Source of the DNA: an uncultured bacterium
GTDB lineage: Bacteria > Chlamydiota > Chlamydiia > Chlamydiales > JAAKFR01
NCBI GenBank assembly: GCA_964386785.1
Contig: CAYLUD010000001.1
Location: 26,214-90,213 of the forward strand
Length of the DNA: 64,000 nt
Direction of reading: 5' to 3'
Below, piece by piece: positions 38,869 through 48,279 of this stretch. Both the position numbers and the translations under genes were made by a program. Every line of letters begins with the position of its first letter. The first letter of the stretch is position 1. A model generated the notes under the pieces. That model saw only the letters and a list, made by a program, of their open reading frames with translations, ran no database searches and had not been told where the DNA came from.

Positions 38869-40235
38869 GATGGAACTCCTTGTTCTAGATAGGGATTGCG
38901 ATACTCATCCACATCGATTCCCCCAATCGGACCCTTTTTGATTTTGCGATCCAGGAGATACAAGAACATAGCAAAGACAAAAGCATAGACCAGAGCAAAA
39001 AGAATAAGAGAAAAAAGAATTTGCCCTGGTTGTACATACAGAGAAATCCCGTCCGAAGTACGCATCAAGCCATAGACTACCCAAGGTTGGCGTCCAATTT
39101 CTGCTGTATACCATCCCATTTGGTTTGCAATCTGCGGAAATGCAACGGAAATGATTCCCGTCCACCACATCCATGAGGCTCCGGATCGATGAGGGTTACG
39201 ATAGGCTAGCCCTACAAAAAACAAGACTACCACCATCAACACCCACATCATAATCATGAGATGGTAGGTTTGAAACACCACATTCACAGGAGGCCAAAAT
39301 TCCTCGGGAAATTGATCTAATCCTGGAACAGGTTGATGTGGGTTATGATACAAAAGCAAAGAAAGAAAGCCAGGGAGTTTCAAACCAATAGTTTTTTTCT
39401 CTTCTTGGTTTGCATAACCGATAACAGAAATAGGAGTGGATGGTTCCGTGTGGAAGATCCCTTCCATCGCCGCCATCTTGATTGGCTGAATTTTCGATAC
39501 CAAGCGGGCTGTAGAATCACCTGATACCAATTGAGCCACTAAGCTAAAGGCGCCAAAATAGAGGGCCAGCTTCATAGAGCGTCGAGCAAACTCTTGATGT
39601 CGTTGTTTCCATAGATAGTACGCACAGACACTAATGACAAGAAAAGCCCCAGTAATCCAGCAGGATATAATCACGTGAGCAAGTCGATCTAATGAAGAAG
39701 GGTTATTGACTACCTGCCACCAATTGCGAAGGACTAACCTACTTCCCTCCCCTTCACCTATAAACTGATATCCTGCTGGGCTCTGCATCCAGGAATTCGC
39801 TACGACAATCCAAAGTGCAGAAAAATGCGCACCTAAAGAGACAAGAATCGTAGAGAGAAAATGAATCCCTGGCTTGACCCGTTTCCAACCAAAAATTAAT
39901 AGAGCAACAAATCCTGACTCTAAAAAGAACGCAAAAATACCCTCAGCTCCGAGAATGCTACCAAAGATGTCACCGACAAAATGAGAAAAACGCCCCCAAT
40001 TACTACCAAAAGAAAAGACCTGGACCAATCCCGTAGCGACTCCTACAGCAAAAATAATCGCAAAAATATGGACCCAAAATTGAGCCATCTGCTCATAGAT
40101 TTTTTTCTTTGTGACCAGGTATATTGCTTCCATCATCACAATCAGGACGCTGAGGCCGATCGTCATAGGGGGAAATAAATAGTGAAACGAAATATGGAGA
40201 GCAAATTGCAATCGCGACAAAAAAACAGCGTCCAT
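38865..40235 (-). CDS. cydA: Cytochrome bd oxidase subunit I
   Basis: The N-terminus FLSRLQFALHISFHYLFPPMTIGL is present, along with GWYTAEIGRQPWVVYGLMRT. Confidence 0.95.
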   Translation of the reverse strand: MDAVFLSRLQFALHISFHYLFPPMTIGLSVLIVMMEAIYLVTKKKIYEQMAQFWVHIFAIIFAVGVATGLVQVFSFGSNWGRFSHFVGDIFGSILGAEGIFAFFLESGFVALLIFGWKRVKPGIHFLSTILVSLGAHFSALWIVVANSWMQSPAGYQFIGEGEGSRLVLRNWWQVVNNPSSLDRLAHVIISCWITGAFLVISVCAYYLWKQRHQEFARRSMKLALYFGAFSLVAQLVSGDSTARLVSKIQPIKMAAMEGIFHTEPSTPISVIGYANQEEKKTIGLKLPGFLSLLLYHNPHQPVPGLDQFPEEFWPPVNVVFQTYHLMIMMWVLMVVVLFFVGLAYRNPHRSGASWMWWTGIISVAFPQIANQMGWYTAEIGRQPWVVYGLMRTSDGISLYVQPGQILFSLILFALVYAFVFAMFLYLLDRKIKKGPIGGIDVDEYRNPYLEQGVPS

Positions 40236-40286
40236 CCTACACCTAGTCTTTCAAAAAAGTGCGACTATGACAAAGTAAATAAAAAA

Positions 40287-41069
40287 GTGCAACTAATGGG
40301 CATCATCAATGTCACCCCAGATTCCTATTTTTCATATAGCCGTTATGAAGATCCTTCCTTAGCCGTCGCCTATGGAAAACAGCTTGTGGATGAGGGGGCA
40401 GATTGGCTAGATATCGGAGGGGAATCGACTCGTCCTTTTTCCCATCCGATCTCCGAAGAAGAGGAGTTGCGAAGGGTCATGCCCGTGATAGAAGCCCTGG
40501 CTCCCGACTTCCCTGTTTCCATTGATACACGGAAAGCAGGCGTGGCGGCACGAGCTCTAGCTGCTGGGGCTCGTTTAATTAACGATACTTCTGGATTTAC
40601 TGACCCGAAGATGAGGGAAGTGGTCGCCAACTCTGAGGCGCTCTGTTGCGTGATGCATAGCCAAGGCCCCCCTGCAACAATGCAATTGCATCCCTACTAT
40701 CCTAATGGGGTCCTTGCAGATGTGCTCTCTTTTTTTACACAACAATTGAGTCTGTTAGAACAAGAAGGCATCTCTCGCCGGCGCATCCTGCTAGATCCAG
40801 GGATTGGTTTTGGAAAAAGCGTGGATGACTGTTGGGCATTAGTGCGTTCCATCGCACAATTTCATACCTTTGGTTGCTCAGTTCTTTTGGGAATTTCCAG
40901 AAAATCATTCTTACAAAAAACCCTAAATAGAAACGTGGATGAAACCTTGCCAGCAAGCTTGATTTGCGCTACAGTCTGCACCATGCAAGCCCCCTCTTGG
41001 TTACGCGTTCATGACGTCAAAGCGCATCGCGAGCTTCTAACTCTATTGGAGCATGCTATCGCATGCTGA
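40287..41069 (+). CDS. folP: Dihydropteroate synthase (stand-alone)
   Basis: Motifs: LMGIINVTPDSYF, GADWLDIGGESTRP, ARLINDTSG, LDPGIGFGK. The listed start 40182 would overlap cydA head-to-head. GTG 40287 or ATG 40296 is more likely. Confidence 0.85.
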   Translation: MQLMGIINVTPDSYFSYSRYEDPSLAVAYGKQLVDEGADWLDIGGESTRPFSHPISEEEELRRVMPVIEALAPDFPVSIDTRKAGVAARALAAGARLINDTSGFTDPKMREVVANSEALCCVMHSQGPPATMQLHPYYPNGVLADVLSFFTQQLSLLEQEGISRRRILLDPGIGFGKSVDDCWALVRSIAQFHTFGCSVLLGISRKSFLQKTLNRNVDETLPASLICATVCTMQAPSWLRVHDVKAHRELLTLLEHAIAC

Positions 41070-41848
41070 TTGCTCCATTATTGATTCCTTGTCTAGAGAT
41101 TCTTGCTCTAGCCATCATGATCAACTATCTCTTGAAGCTATTTTGGGGCACACGAGGGATGGACGTTATCATCGGGTTCCTTGCGCTGATCCTTTTATTC
41201 TTTGTAGCCACTTGGGTGCATCTACCAGTACTAGAAAAAATACTCTTTCATGTGGTCAATGTTGCTGTGTTGGCAGTCTTTATCATTCTGCAACCAGAAA
41301 TTCGTCTGGCTTTATCTAGAATTAGAATCAAAGGAAAAAAATTTCGCGCTGTCAATGAGTTTGATCAATTTCTGGATCAATTGACAACGAGCGTGTACCG
41401 TCTTTCAGAAAAAGAAATTGGTGCGATTATCGTTCTAGAAAATGTGGAACCTATTCAAGATTATTGCAGCTCTTCCGTAACGTTGAACGCTCAATTTTCT
41501 TCCGAACTCTTGGAAACCATTTTTATGACGAATACACCCTTACACGATGGAGCTGTTGTGATTCGAGGAAATCAAATACTCAGTGCCGGCACGATCCTAC
41601 CCTTAGCCACAGAAACCGCCCAATTGTCTAAAACCATGGGGACTCGTCACCGTGCCGGTTTAGGAGCTAGCCAGAAAACAGATGCTCTAGTGATTGTCAT
41701 CTCTGAAGAAACAGGCAAAGTCTCTATTGCGAGGGATGGTATCCTCACGCGAGGGATTAAAAGTGACCGTTTCAAAGGCATCATTCGCAGTGTATTCAGC
41801 ATCACTGAGCATACGAAATCTTCCCACTGGTGGCGTATCAATCTATGA
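41063..41848 (+). CDS. cdaA: Diadenylate cyclase CdaA/DacA
   Basis: It has three N-terminal TM helices. The DAC-domain motifs are HDGAVVI and GTRHRAGLG, followed by ALVIVISEETGKVSIA. Confidence 0.9.
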   Translation: MLIAPLLIPCLEILALAIMINYLLKLFWGTRGMDVIIGFLALILLFFVATWVHLPVLEKILFHVVNVAVLAVFIILQPEIRLALSRIRIKGKKFRAVNEFDQFLDQLTTSVYRLSEKEIGAIIVLENVEPIQDYCSSSVTLNAQFSSELLETIFMTNTPLHDGAVVIRGNQILSAGTILPLATETAQLSKTMGTRHRAGLGASQKTDALVIVISEETGKVSIARDGILTRGIKSDRFKGIIRSVFSITEHTKSSHWWRINL

Positions 41849-43128
41849 AATCGTTTCTGTATCGTTTCCTCTTTGTTAACTGGTTTAGAAAGCTGATTGC
41901 TCTACTGTTTGCAGTCATTACTTGGATGTTAGTAACACAGACGATGACAACTACGCGTACTCTCTCCAATATCCCAGTACGCGTGATTCATTTACCAAAA
42001 GACAAAACTGTAATTGGGTTACTACCCAACGGATTGCTAAAATATCGCATCTCCATCACGATTAGCGGATATTCTTCTGTTGTATCTCAACTACGTCCAA
42101 CTGACTTGGAAATCATCATTGATGCTACAGATAAAAAAGATAGTTGGATTGCATCGATAGACAAGCATAACCTTATTAGCATTACAGATCACTCTGATTG
42201 GAAAAATGCTATCTCATCGGTCTCCTCGAATGACTTATATATTAAAATGAGTCAACTGATTTGTGAGGATATCCCAATTCGAGTGAACACGCCTATAGGG
42301 GATCCCCCTTCAGGATACCAATTTCTTGATGTCTGGCCAAAATACCTCATTCAAAAGGTATGCGGACCCCAAGAACAAATTTATCCACTGAAAGAAAGTG
42401 GTTTGGATATTACGTTTAATCTCAATCGCATTACTGCTTCTGATGTCGTGGGATTAGAAACAGGAAATTCCAATGAAGAGCTTTGTTTTTTTATTCCCGA
42501 AGCATGGAAAACAATAACCCTTCCTTTTAAAGGAGCTGTGCAAGAAACATTAAATGATCCTCGAGCCAAACTGCTACGTATTGATTTTCTAAAGCGAGCG
42601 TTGATTCCGCTAGGCACGGAACTACCTATATCTATTTTTTTTCCATTCAAATACAGCCGAACGATGAATCCTCAAACGTACTCTCTTCCCCTGAGCTCCC
42701 TTGTTGAGAAAAAAAATGGTATTCGTGTCCTGACTCTCCCTCTTTATGTTAAGGATGTCAGCCGGCTTTTTCTTGATGTGGTCCGAGATCACCTACTCCT
42801 TCTCATTTCTGTAGAACCCAATCAGGAGAGACTTCATTGGTCTGTGGAATGTGTCAATGATGCTGTGCTTGAAGAAATCTATTTACAGGCTTCGTTAAAA
42901 GAAGCTGAGTCCCTCCATAAGGAAAATCTCGCCTTTTCTCAAAATAGTGAAGATGTAATTCGCTCTCGATTCCGACAGTATGTTCGTTCGTTACAACTAT
43001 ATACTGCAAATGGAGACCCCTTGTCGTTGCTCGTAACCCTAGGTGCTAATGAGATTTTAGTTGAGCAGCCCCGCATCGAAGCCTCCTCTCCCTTAACAAG
43101 ACGAGAAATACCTCTGACGAGCTATTGA
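41845..43128 (+). CDS. ybbR: YbbR-domain protein (CdaA regulator-like)
   Basis: ATG 41845 overlaps the cdaA stop (ATGA). An N-terminal TM is followed by YbbR-like repeats (NIPVRVIHLPKDKTVIG...ISITISG...LEIIIDAT). Confidence 0.7.
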   Translation: MKSFLYRFLFVNWFRKLIALLFAVITWMLVTQTMTTTRTLSNIPVRVIHLPKDKTVIGLLPNGLLKYRISITISGYSSVVSQLRPTDLEIIIDATDKKDSWIASIDKHNLISITDHSDWKNAISSVSSNDLYIKMSQLICEDIPIRVNTPIGDPPSGYQFLDVWPKYLIQKVCGPQEQIYPLKESGLDITFNLNRITASDVVGLETGNSNEELCFFIPEAWKTITLPFKGAVQETLNDPRAKLLRIDFLKRALIPLGTELPISIFFPFKYSRTMNPQTYSLPLSSLVEKKNGIRVLTLPLYVKDVSRLFLDVVRDHLLLLISVEPNQERLHWSVECVNDAVLEEIYLQASLKEAESLHKENLAFSQNSEDVIRSRFRQYVRSLQLYTANGDPLSLLVTLGANEILVEQPRIEASSPLTRREIPLTSY

Positions 43129-44195
43129 TTGCGTAGAGATTGTTCCCAGATTTTTCTAGCCATCAGATCAAGTTGCGTTTGAAAGTCGAGATGTTGTATC
43201 GAGTTACGAATTGCTGTTCGATTGTGGGTCATCGCCAACGCTTGTCGTAACGCATGCACCATACTCAAGCAATTTTCTGGATGTTGCACCACAATTCCTG
43301 TGGAAGGGCGTAATATTTCGGCTGCGCCATTAGAGGCCGAAGTCACCACAAACAATCCCATAGCCAACGCTTCTACGACGGCATTAGCACTTGGATCATA
43401 TACGGAAGGAAGCAGCAGCACATCTCCTTTTTGATACCATTCCTGCATGGAGGTCTGAAAACCATGAAATATCACATTTTTAGGCACATTGCGAATGGGT
43501 TTTCCTTTTCCTATTATGTGCAATTCAAAATCATAAGAACTTAACCAAGGAAGTGCCTGTAAAATAAAAGGGAGCCCCTTTCTATCGTACCCATTCCCAA
43601 CAAACAGCAACCGAATCGGTCCAGCCATCCGTTCTGGGCTAAATAATAGTTCTGTCTTCTTAAGATCTACCCCGTTAGGAATGACACAAATTTTCTGAGA
43701 AGGCACCTCATACCATAGTTGCAATTCTTCCTGAACCATCTTGGAATTCGTAATTACCAACTTGAGTTTTGATGATGCATAAGCTCGACGTTCTTGATGC
43801 AGTAAAAAACGATGAAGTGGATTTTGGTACAGAAGAAACTGTTTCCATTTAGGTAATAAAGAGGCTCGACGAGCTAAATACGCTGCATGTACCCCACTGC
43901 CTGCACGATAATAATCTTGATCCCGATTCCGATCCAAGCTCAATACAATATCATGGGGGTAGAGAGTCAGCCATTGCTGCACCATTCGTTCAAACTGCCA
44001 GTGGTGATAGAGAGAAAATGTAGAGCGATACCCCAGCTGGACCACTTGAATCGGTAGAGGGGGAACACGCGCCTGGGCTGTCGTCACTAAGGTAACCTGA
44101 ACAGGCAATTTAGAAAAAGCCTCTAGTATCCCTGCAGCAACTTTTTCTAATCCACCCCCTGTCCCTAAATGACTCTTGAGAATAGCTACTTTCAC
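43122..44195 (-). CDS. GT4-family (WaaG/RfaG-like) glycosyltransferase
   Basis: N-terminus MKVAILKSHLGTGGGLEKV. The C-terminal GT-B motif LLLPSVYDPSANAVVEALAMGLFVVTS is present. Confidence 0.8.
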   Translation of the reverse strand: MKVAILKSHLGTGGGLEKVAAGILEAFSKLPVQVTLVTTAQARVPPLPIQVVQLGYRSTFSLYHHWQFERMVQQWLTLYPHDIVLSLDRNRDQDYYRAGSGVHAAYLARRASLLPKWKQFLLYQNPLHRFLLHQERRAYASSKLKLVITNSKMVQEELQLWYEVPSQKICVIPNGVDLKKTELLFSPERMAGPIRLLFVGNGYDRKGLPFILQALPWLSSYDFELHIIGKGKPIRNVPKNVIFHGFQTSMQEWYQKGDVLLLPSVYDPSANAVVEALAMGLFVVTSASNGAAEILRPSTGIVVQHPENCLSMVHALRQALAMTHNRTAIRNSIQHLDFQTQLDLMARKIWEQSLRNQ

Positions 44196-44400
44196 GATTC
44201 GTATTTTATCTTAGAATTAGAAAAAAAACGAGCTGTTCCTGATGCAATAGCACCCATCGATGGCTGAGAGTGCTAGAAAAGAGCGCGTATCAAGGAAGAG
44301 GTTGTAGATCCGGAATGCTCTCGCCGCCCAGAAAAAGCTGCTGCTGCGAAATCCTCTTGCTTCTCCCTATAGAAACCTCTAGACTCTTGGTCGAGTTGTT

Positions 44401-44874
44401 ATGACAGAATATAATATTGTACACAAACCATTGTTTCACGTAATCGGCATTGAATGCCGCACCGTAAATTCCTTACTGCGAGCATTCCGAGACATCCCCA
44501 AACATTGGGAACGGTTTTACAAAGAGAAAATCAGTGACAGCATTCCGAACAAAGTCTCAGATGAGGTCATTGCTGTGTATTGCGATTATGAAGGAGACCA
44601 TACGCAACCCTACTCTTTAATTCTAGGGTGTGAAGTCAACACTTTAGACTCGGTACCACATGGTATGCAGGCGAAAACAATACCTGGCAGTTCTTATGCG
44701 CTATTTCGAGCTATAGGCCCCCATCCACAAGCCCTTCTCAAGACCTGGAGTCATATTTGGCAACAATCTCACCTTCCTCGAACCTATGCTGGTGATTACG
44801 AGATCTATGGAAAAAAATTTCTTGGACAATCACCTCAAGAAGTAGAGGTCTATGTTGGAATTCAAACTCCTTAA
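44401..44874 (+). CDS. GyrI-like small-molecule-binding domain protein
   Basis: It is 157 aa with FHVIGIECRT...IPKHWERFY...YEIYG, the pattern of AraC-effector-binding / GyrI-like domains. Confidence 0.6.
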   Translation: MTEYNIVHKPLFHVIGIECRTVNSLLRAFRDIPKHWERFYKEKISDSIPNKVSDEVIAVYCDYEGDHTQPYSLILGCEVNTLDSVPHGMQAKTIPGSSYALFRAIGPHPQALLKTWSHIWQQSHLPRTYAGDYEIYGKKFLGQSPQEVEVYVGIQTP

Positions 44875-46055
44875 TGTTTACTCAAATGCTAGCGTATTTT
44901 TTTATCCGATTATTTGCTGGCTTGATGCGTCGGTTGCCCTACTCTGTTTTGCGGGGTTTCGGGCGCTGTATGGGATCTCTTGCATTCTGGATTTTGCCTT
45001 CCTTGCGAAAAAAAGCTTTAAGCAACCTACATATCGCCTTTGGAGATACCCTATCTGAACAAGAGCGATTTCAGATTGCTCGCCGTTCGTTTCAAAACCT
45101 TCTGATCACTTGCTGTGAATTACCTAAGTTGCCGTATACGGATTTGTCTACTTTTTTAGAAATCGCAGATCCGGATTCTGTCTTGAATCTGCATGCACAA
45201 GGGCAGGGCATGATTTTCTTTTGTGGCCATCAGGCCAATTGGGAGATTCTATTCCCTGCAATTAATCACCTCATTCCTGGTGGAGTGGCTGTAGGGCGTC
45301 CCATCAAAAACCGTCGGCTTTATAATTGGATTCTATCCATTCGTCAGTCGCATGGGGGGACCATTCTCCTTCCCAAACAGGCCATGAAAGAGGGTTTACG
45401 AGCGATTCATCGAGGCTCCTATATTGGAATAGTAGGGGATCAATCCTTTCCAGAAAGTGGATATTCTTACCCTCTATTTGGGGTCCGCAGTTGGCTATCG
45501 CCCGCTCCTGCTCTACTTTCCTATCGTACGGGGGCCCCTCTCTTTGTTGTATCTGTGATCCGAACCAAAACTGGTTATCGCCTTGCAGCCTCTGCCCCGC
45601 TATGGCCAGACCTAACGCGTCCAGCAAAAGAAGCTGTCCCAGATCTTATGGATCAAGCAACCGCTCGATTAGAGGAATGTATTCGAGAGGCTCCAGATCA
45701 ATGGATGTGGATACATGACCGATGGAAGCAACAGACCATCGATCATATCAAACGAGAATACCGTTATGGATATATTCTGGTTCTACGCGATCCTGATGAT
45801 ACTGAAATAGAACCTCTTTTGCGCCTTCTTTACCCTCGTAGCTTTCTCACTTTTCTCTCTCCTGATTCTCCTGATGTATGGGAACGCAATTATCGTTTTC
45901 AATTGGTGATCGACTGTGTGAACGTACCACAAGTGCGTCATCACTATCAGAAATTAGGAGCTCAAAAAGCAGAATATATTCCATATGATCAACTCAAGAC
46001 TACTCTGGTGAAACCTGAATGCCTATCTACCGTCTCTACCTTGACGCCTCCTTAG
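44874..46055 (+). CDS. lpxL: Lipid A late acyltransferase (LpxL/HtrB family) with C-terminal extension
   Basis: It has an N-terminal anchor and the HX4D-type region FFCGHQANWEIL. GIVGDQS is also present. About 100 extra C-terminal residues follow. Confidence 0.75.
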   Translation: MFTQMLAYFFIRLFAGLMRRLPYSVLRGFGRCMGSLAFWILPSLRKKALSNLHIAFGDTLSEQERFQIARRSFQNLLITCCELPKLPYTDLSTFLEIADPDSVLNLHAQGQGMIFFCGHQANWEILFPAINHLIPGGVAVGRPIKNRRLYNWILSIRQSHGGTILLPKQAMKEGLRAIHRGSYIGIVGDQSFPESGYSYPLFGVRSWLSPAPALLSYRTGAPLFVVSVIRTKTGYRLAASAPLWPDLTRPAKEAVPDLMDQATARLEECIREAPDQWMWIHDRWKQQTIDHIKREYRYGYILVLRDPDDTEIEPLLRLLYPRSFLTFLSPDSPDVWERNYRFQLVIDCVNVPQVRHHYQKLGAQKAEYIPYDQLKTTLVKPECLSTVSTLTPP

Positions 46056-46711
46056 AGGAAGGCTCTACATATTCTCTGCCAAAAGAAGAATTGCATCACT
46101 TGATGCGAGTCCTTCGCTATGCTCCAGGTGACGAAATGGAAGTCGTCAATGGCAAGGGTAGATTGGCTATAGCTCGACTAGAACCCTCTCATCATATTTG
46201 CGTATTACATCATCAAGATTTTCCTAATCCTTACCGCCGTATTGTGGCGCAAGCATTGCCCCATCGAACGAAACTAGATTGGATTGTGGAAAAAGGAACA
46301 GAATTAGGTATGACCGAGCTGTGGCTATTTCCTGGCGTCCATAGCAAGAAAGAAGCTCTCTCTTCGAACCAACAATCCCGATTGCATCATCTGTCGATTG
46401 CAGCCATCAAACAATGTGGATCCTTATTCCTACCTTCCATTCTATTGCAACCCCCTATCAAGGAATGGAGTTCTGTCCCTTGCTCTGCATTTTTTGGTTC
46501 TTTAGATCCGGCAGCTCCTTGGCTTACACCTCAGGAAGGAGACTCCATTCTCTTCATTGGCCCCGAATCAGGATTTGCTGCAGAAGAAATCCACCACTTA
46601 CAATTCCTAGGAGCTCAGGGCGTTCATTTACATCCCCACATCTTAAGGACAGAGACAGCGGTGCTGGTGGGATTGGCATTATTACAGAATCGCAGTCGCC
46701 TATACAGTTAA
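46019..46711 (+). CDS. rsmE: 16S rRNA (uracil1498-N3)-methyltransferase RsmE
   Basis: Motifs: HHLMRVLRYAPGDEMEVVNGKG, KLDWIVEKGTELGMTELWLF, and FIGPESGF near the C-terminus. Confidence 0.8.
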   Translation: MPIYRLYLDASLEEGSTYSLPKEELHHLMRVLRYAPGDEMEVVNGKGRLAIARLEPSHHICVLHHQDFPNPYRRIVAQALPHRTKLDWIVEKGTELGMTELWLFPGVHSKKEALSSNQQSRLHHLSIAAIKQCGSLFLPSILLQPPIKEWSSVPCSAFFGSLDPAAPWLTPQEGDSILFIGPESGFAAEEIHHLQFLGAQGVHLHPHILRTETAVLVGLALLQNRSRLYS

Positions 46712-46742
46712 TCGATTGAGCAAAAAAACGCAGATAGAGAAC

Positions 46743-48188
46743 TTAAATAAAAATTCTTTCTTGCGGCGTATTGGAAACGGCTTCTACGATCATCATGTTC
46801 GTAGTACCCGCCCTTCCAAATGGAGTCCCAGCTGTGATCACGACCAAGTCTCCAAAGCGAAGGAACCCTTTGCTCACTGCAAATTCTTTCATTTTTTGAT
46901 ATGCTTCGTCAAAGTTTTTCACTCCCCTCTCTAAGATAGGGATCACACCCCAAGCAAGGGCTAATTGATGAAAGACATCCTCATTCGCTGTCATAGCTAT
47001 CACAGGGATTTTAGGCCGCAATCTCGATAAAGCCCAAGCTGTTGCTCCACTCGTAGTGAAGACAAACAATGCTTTTGCATGAGAAATATACGCTGTTTTA
47101 ATACTTGCTGCCGCAACAGAAGAGGGGACGTCCAGAATAACGTCCTTGGTCTGTTGTTTCAGAAATTCTTCATACCCAAAGTCCCGTTCTGTTTCATCAA
47201 TAATTTCTTTCATGACCTGGACAGCTCGTGTGGGATAGGCTCCTACAGCTGTTTCTCCTGACAACATCACAGCACTCGTACTATCATAGATCGCATTGGC
47301 TACATCGGATGCCTCTGCTCGAGTAGGACGTGGGTTTTGAATCATGGATTCTAACATCTGAGTCGCCGTCACTACGGGTTTCCCCGCACTGTTGGCTCCA
47401 GCAATGATCCATTTCTGAAGTCTAGGCACCTGATGCAGAGGAAGTTCTACTCCTAAATCGCCTCGAGCTACCATAATACCATCGGCAGCAGCCAGGATCT
47501 CTGCAAAGTGATCGACCCCCTTACCATTTTCAATTTTTGCAATGATTTTGATGTGAGAAGCCCCCGCTTCATCTAAAAGAAATCGTATATTACGCACATC
47601 CTCCGCGGAACGCACGAAGGAAGCTGCAATATAGTCCACCCCTTCTCGGCATCCAAATCGAATATCCGCAATATCTTGATCCGTTAATGCAGGGACCTCC
47701 CAATCAAGACCTGGGATATTCACACCCTTAGTAGAGCGAATCAATCCACCATGCTCTACAATGAGTTGAGCTCCTTTCGAGGAAACGCTAGAGACGCGTA
47801 GAACGATATACCCATTATCAAACAGGACAACCATTCCTTTTTTTAATTCATCAATCACTCCAGCAGGTCGTAGCGAAGCTCTTTCGTGAGAACCTTCTAC
47901 CTCTTCTCGATGGAGCCAAAATTCTTGACCTTCTTTTAACGCAACGCTTTCCTCTCGAAATCGCCCCAAACGAATCTCGGGCCCTTTTGTATCGAGCATA
48001 ATTGCAAGCGGTACAGATAGTGTCTTTCGCACTTCGTGTAAGATACGAATACTCTTCCCATGTGTCTCATGAGAACCGTGAGAAAAGTTAAGACGCGCAA
48101 TATTCATACCTGCGTGAACCAGTGCGATAACTTGATCGGGGGAATTACAAGCAGGCCCTAAAGTACATACAATTTTTGTTCGGGTCAT
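46743..48188 (-). CDS. pyk: Pyruvate kinase
   Basis: Motifs: TKIVCTLGPA, MNIARLNFSHG, IIAKIENGKGV, MVARGDLGVE, TQMLESM. Confidence 0.95.
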   Translation of the reverse strand: MTRTKIVCTLGPACNSPDQVIALVHAGMNIARLNFSHGSHETHGKSIRILHEVRKTLSVPLAIMLDTKGPEIRLGRFREESVALKEGQEFWLHREEVEGSHERASLRPAGVIDELKKGMVVLFDNGYIVLRVSSVSSKGAQLIVEHGGLIRSTKGVNIPGLDWEVPALTDQDIADIRFGCREGVDYIAASFVRSAEDVRNIRFLLDEAGASHIKIIAKIENGKGVDHFAEILAAADGIMVARGDLGVELPLHQVPRLQKWIIAGANSAGKPVVTATQMLESMIQNPRPTRAEASDVANAIYDSTSAVMLSGETAVGAYPTRAVQVMKEIIDETERDFGYEEFLKQQTKDVILDVPSSVAAASIKTAYISHAKALFVFTTSGATAWALSRLRPKIPVIAMTANEDVFHQLALAWGVIPILERGVKNFDEAYQKMKEFAVSKGFLRFGDLVVITAGTPFGRAGTTNMMIVEAVSNTPQERIFI

Positions 48189-48279
48189 CTATGTTCGTAT
48201 TACATATCAATTTTTGCTAAAAAATGCCATGGTCTTTTTACCTTCTCGTCAGATGAAGGGATGGTCGTTTTTGTTATTA

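Noticed and set aside
45304-45718. ORFs of 107 and 130 aa overlapping the lpxL/htrB gene on both strands
   Set aside because: They are embedded in a gene with a clear family signature. They have no SD, and their composition is typical of off-frame translation.
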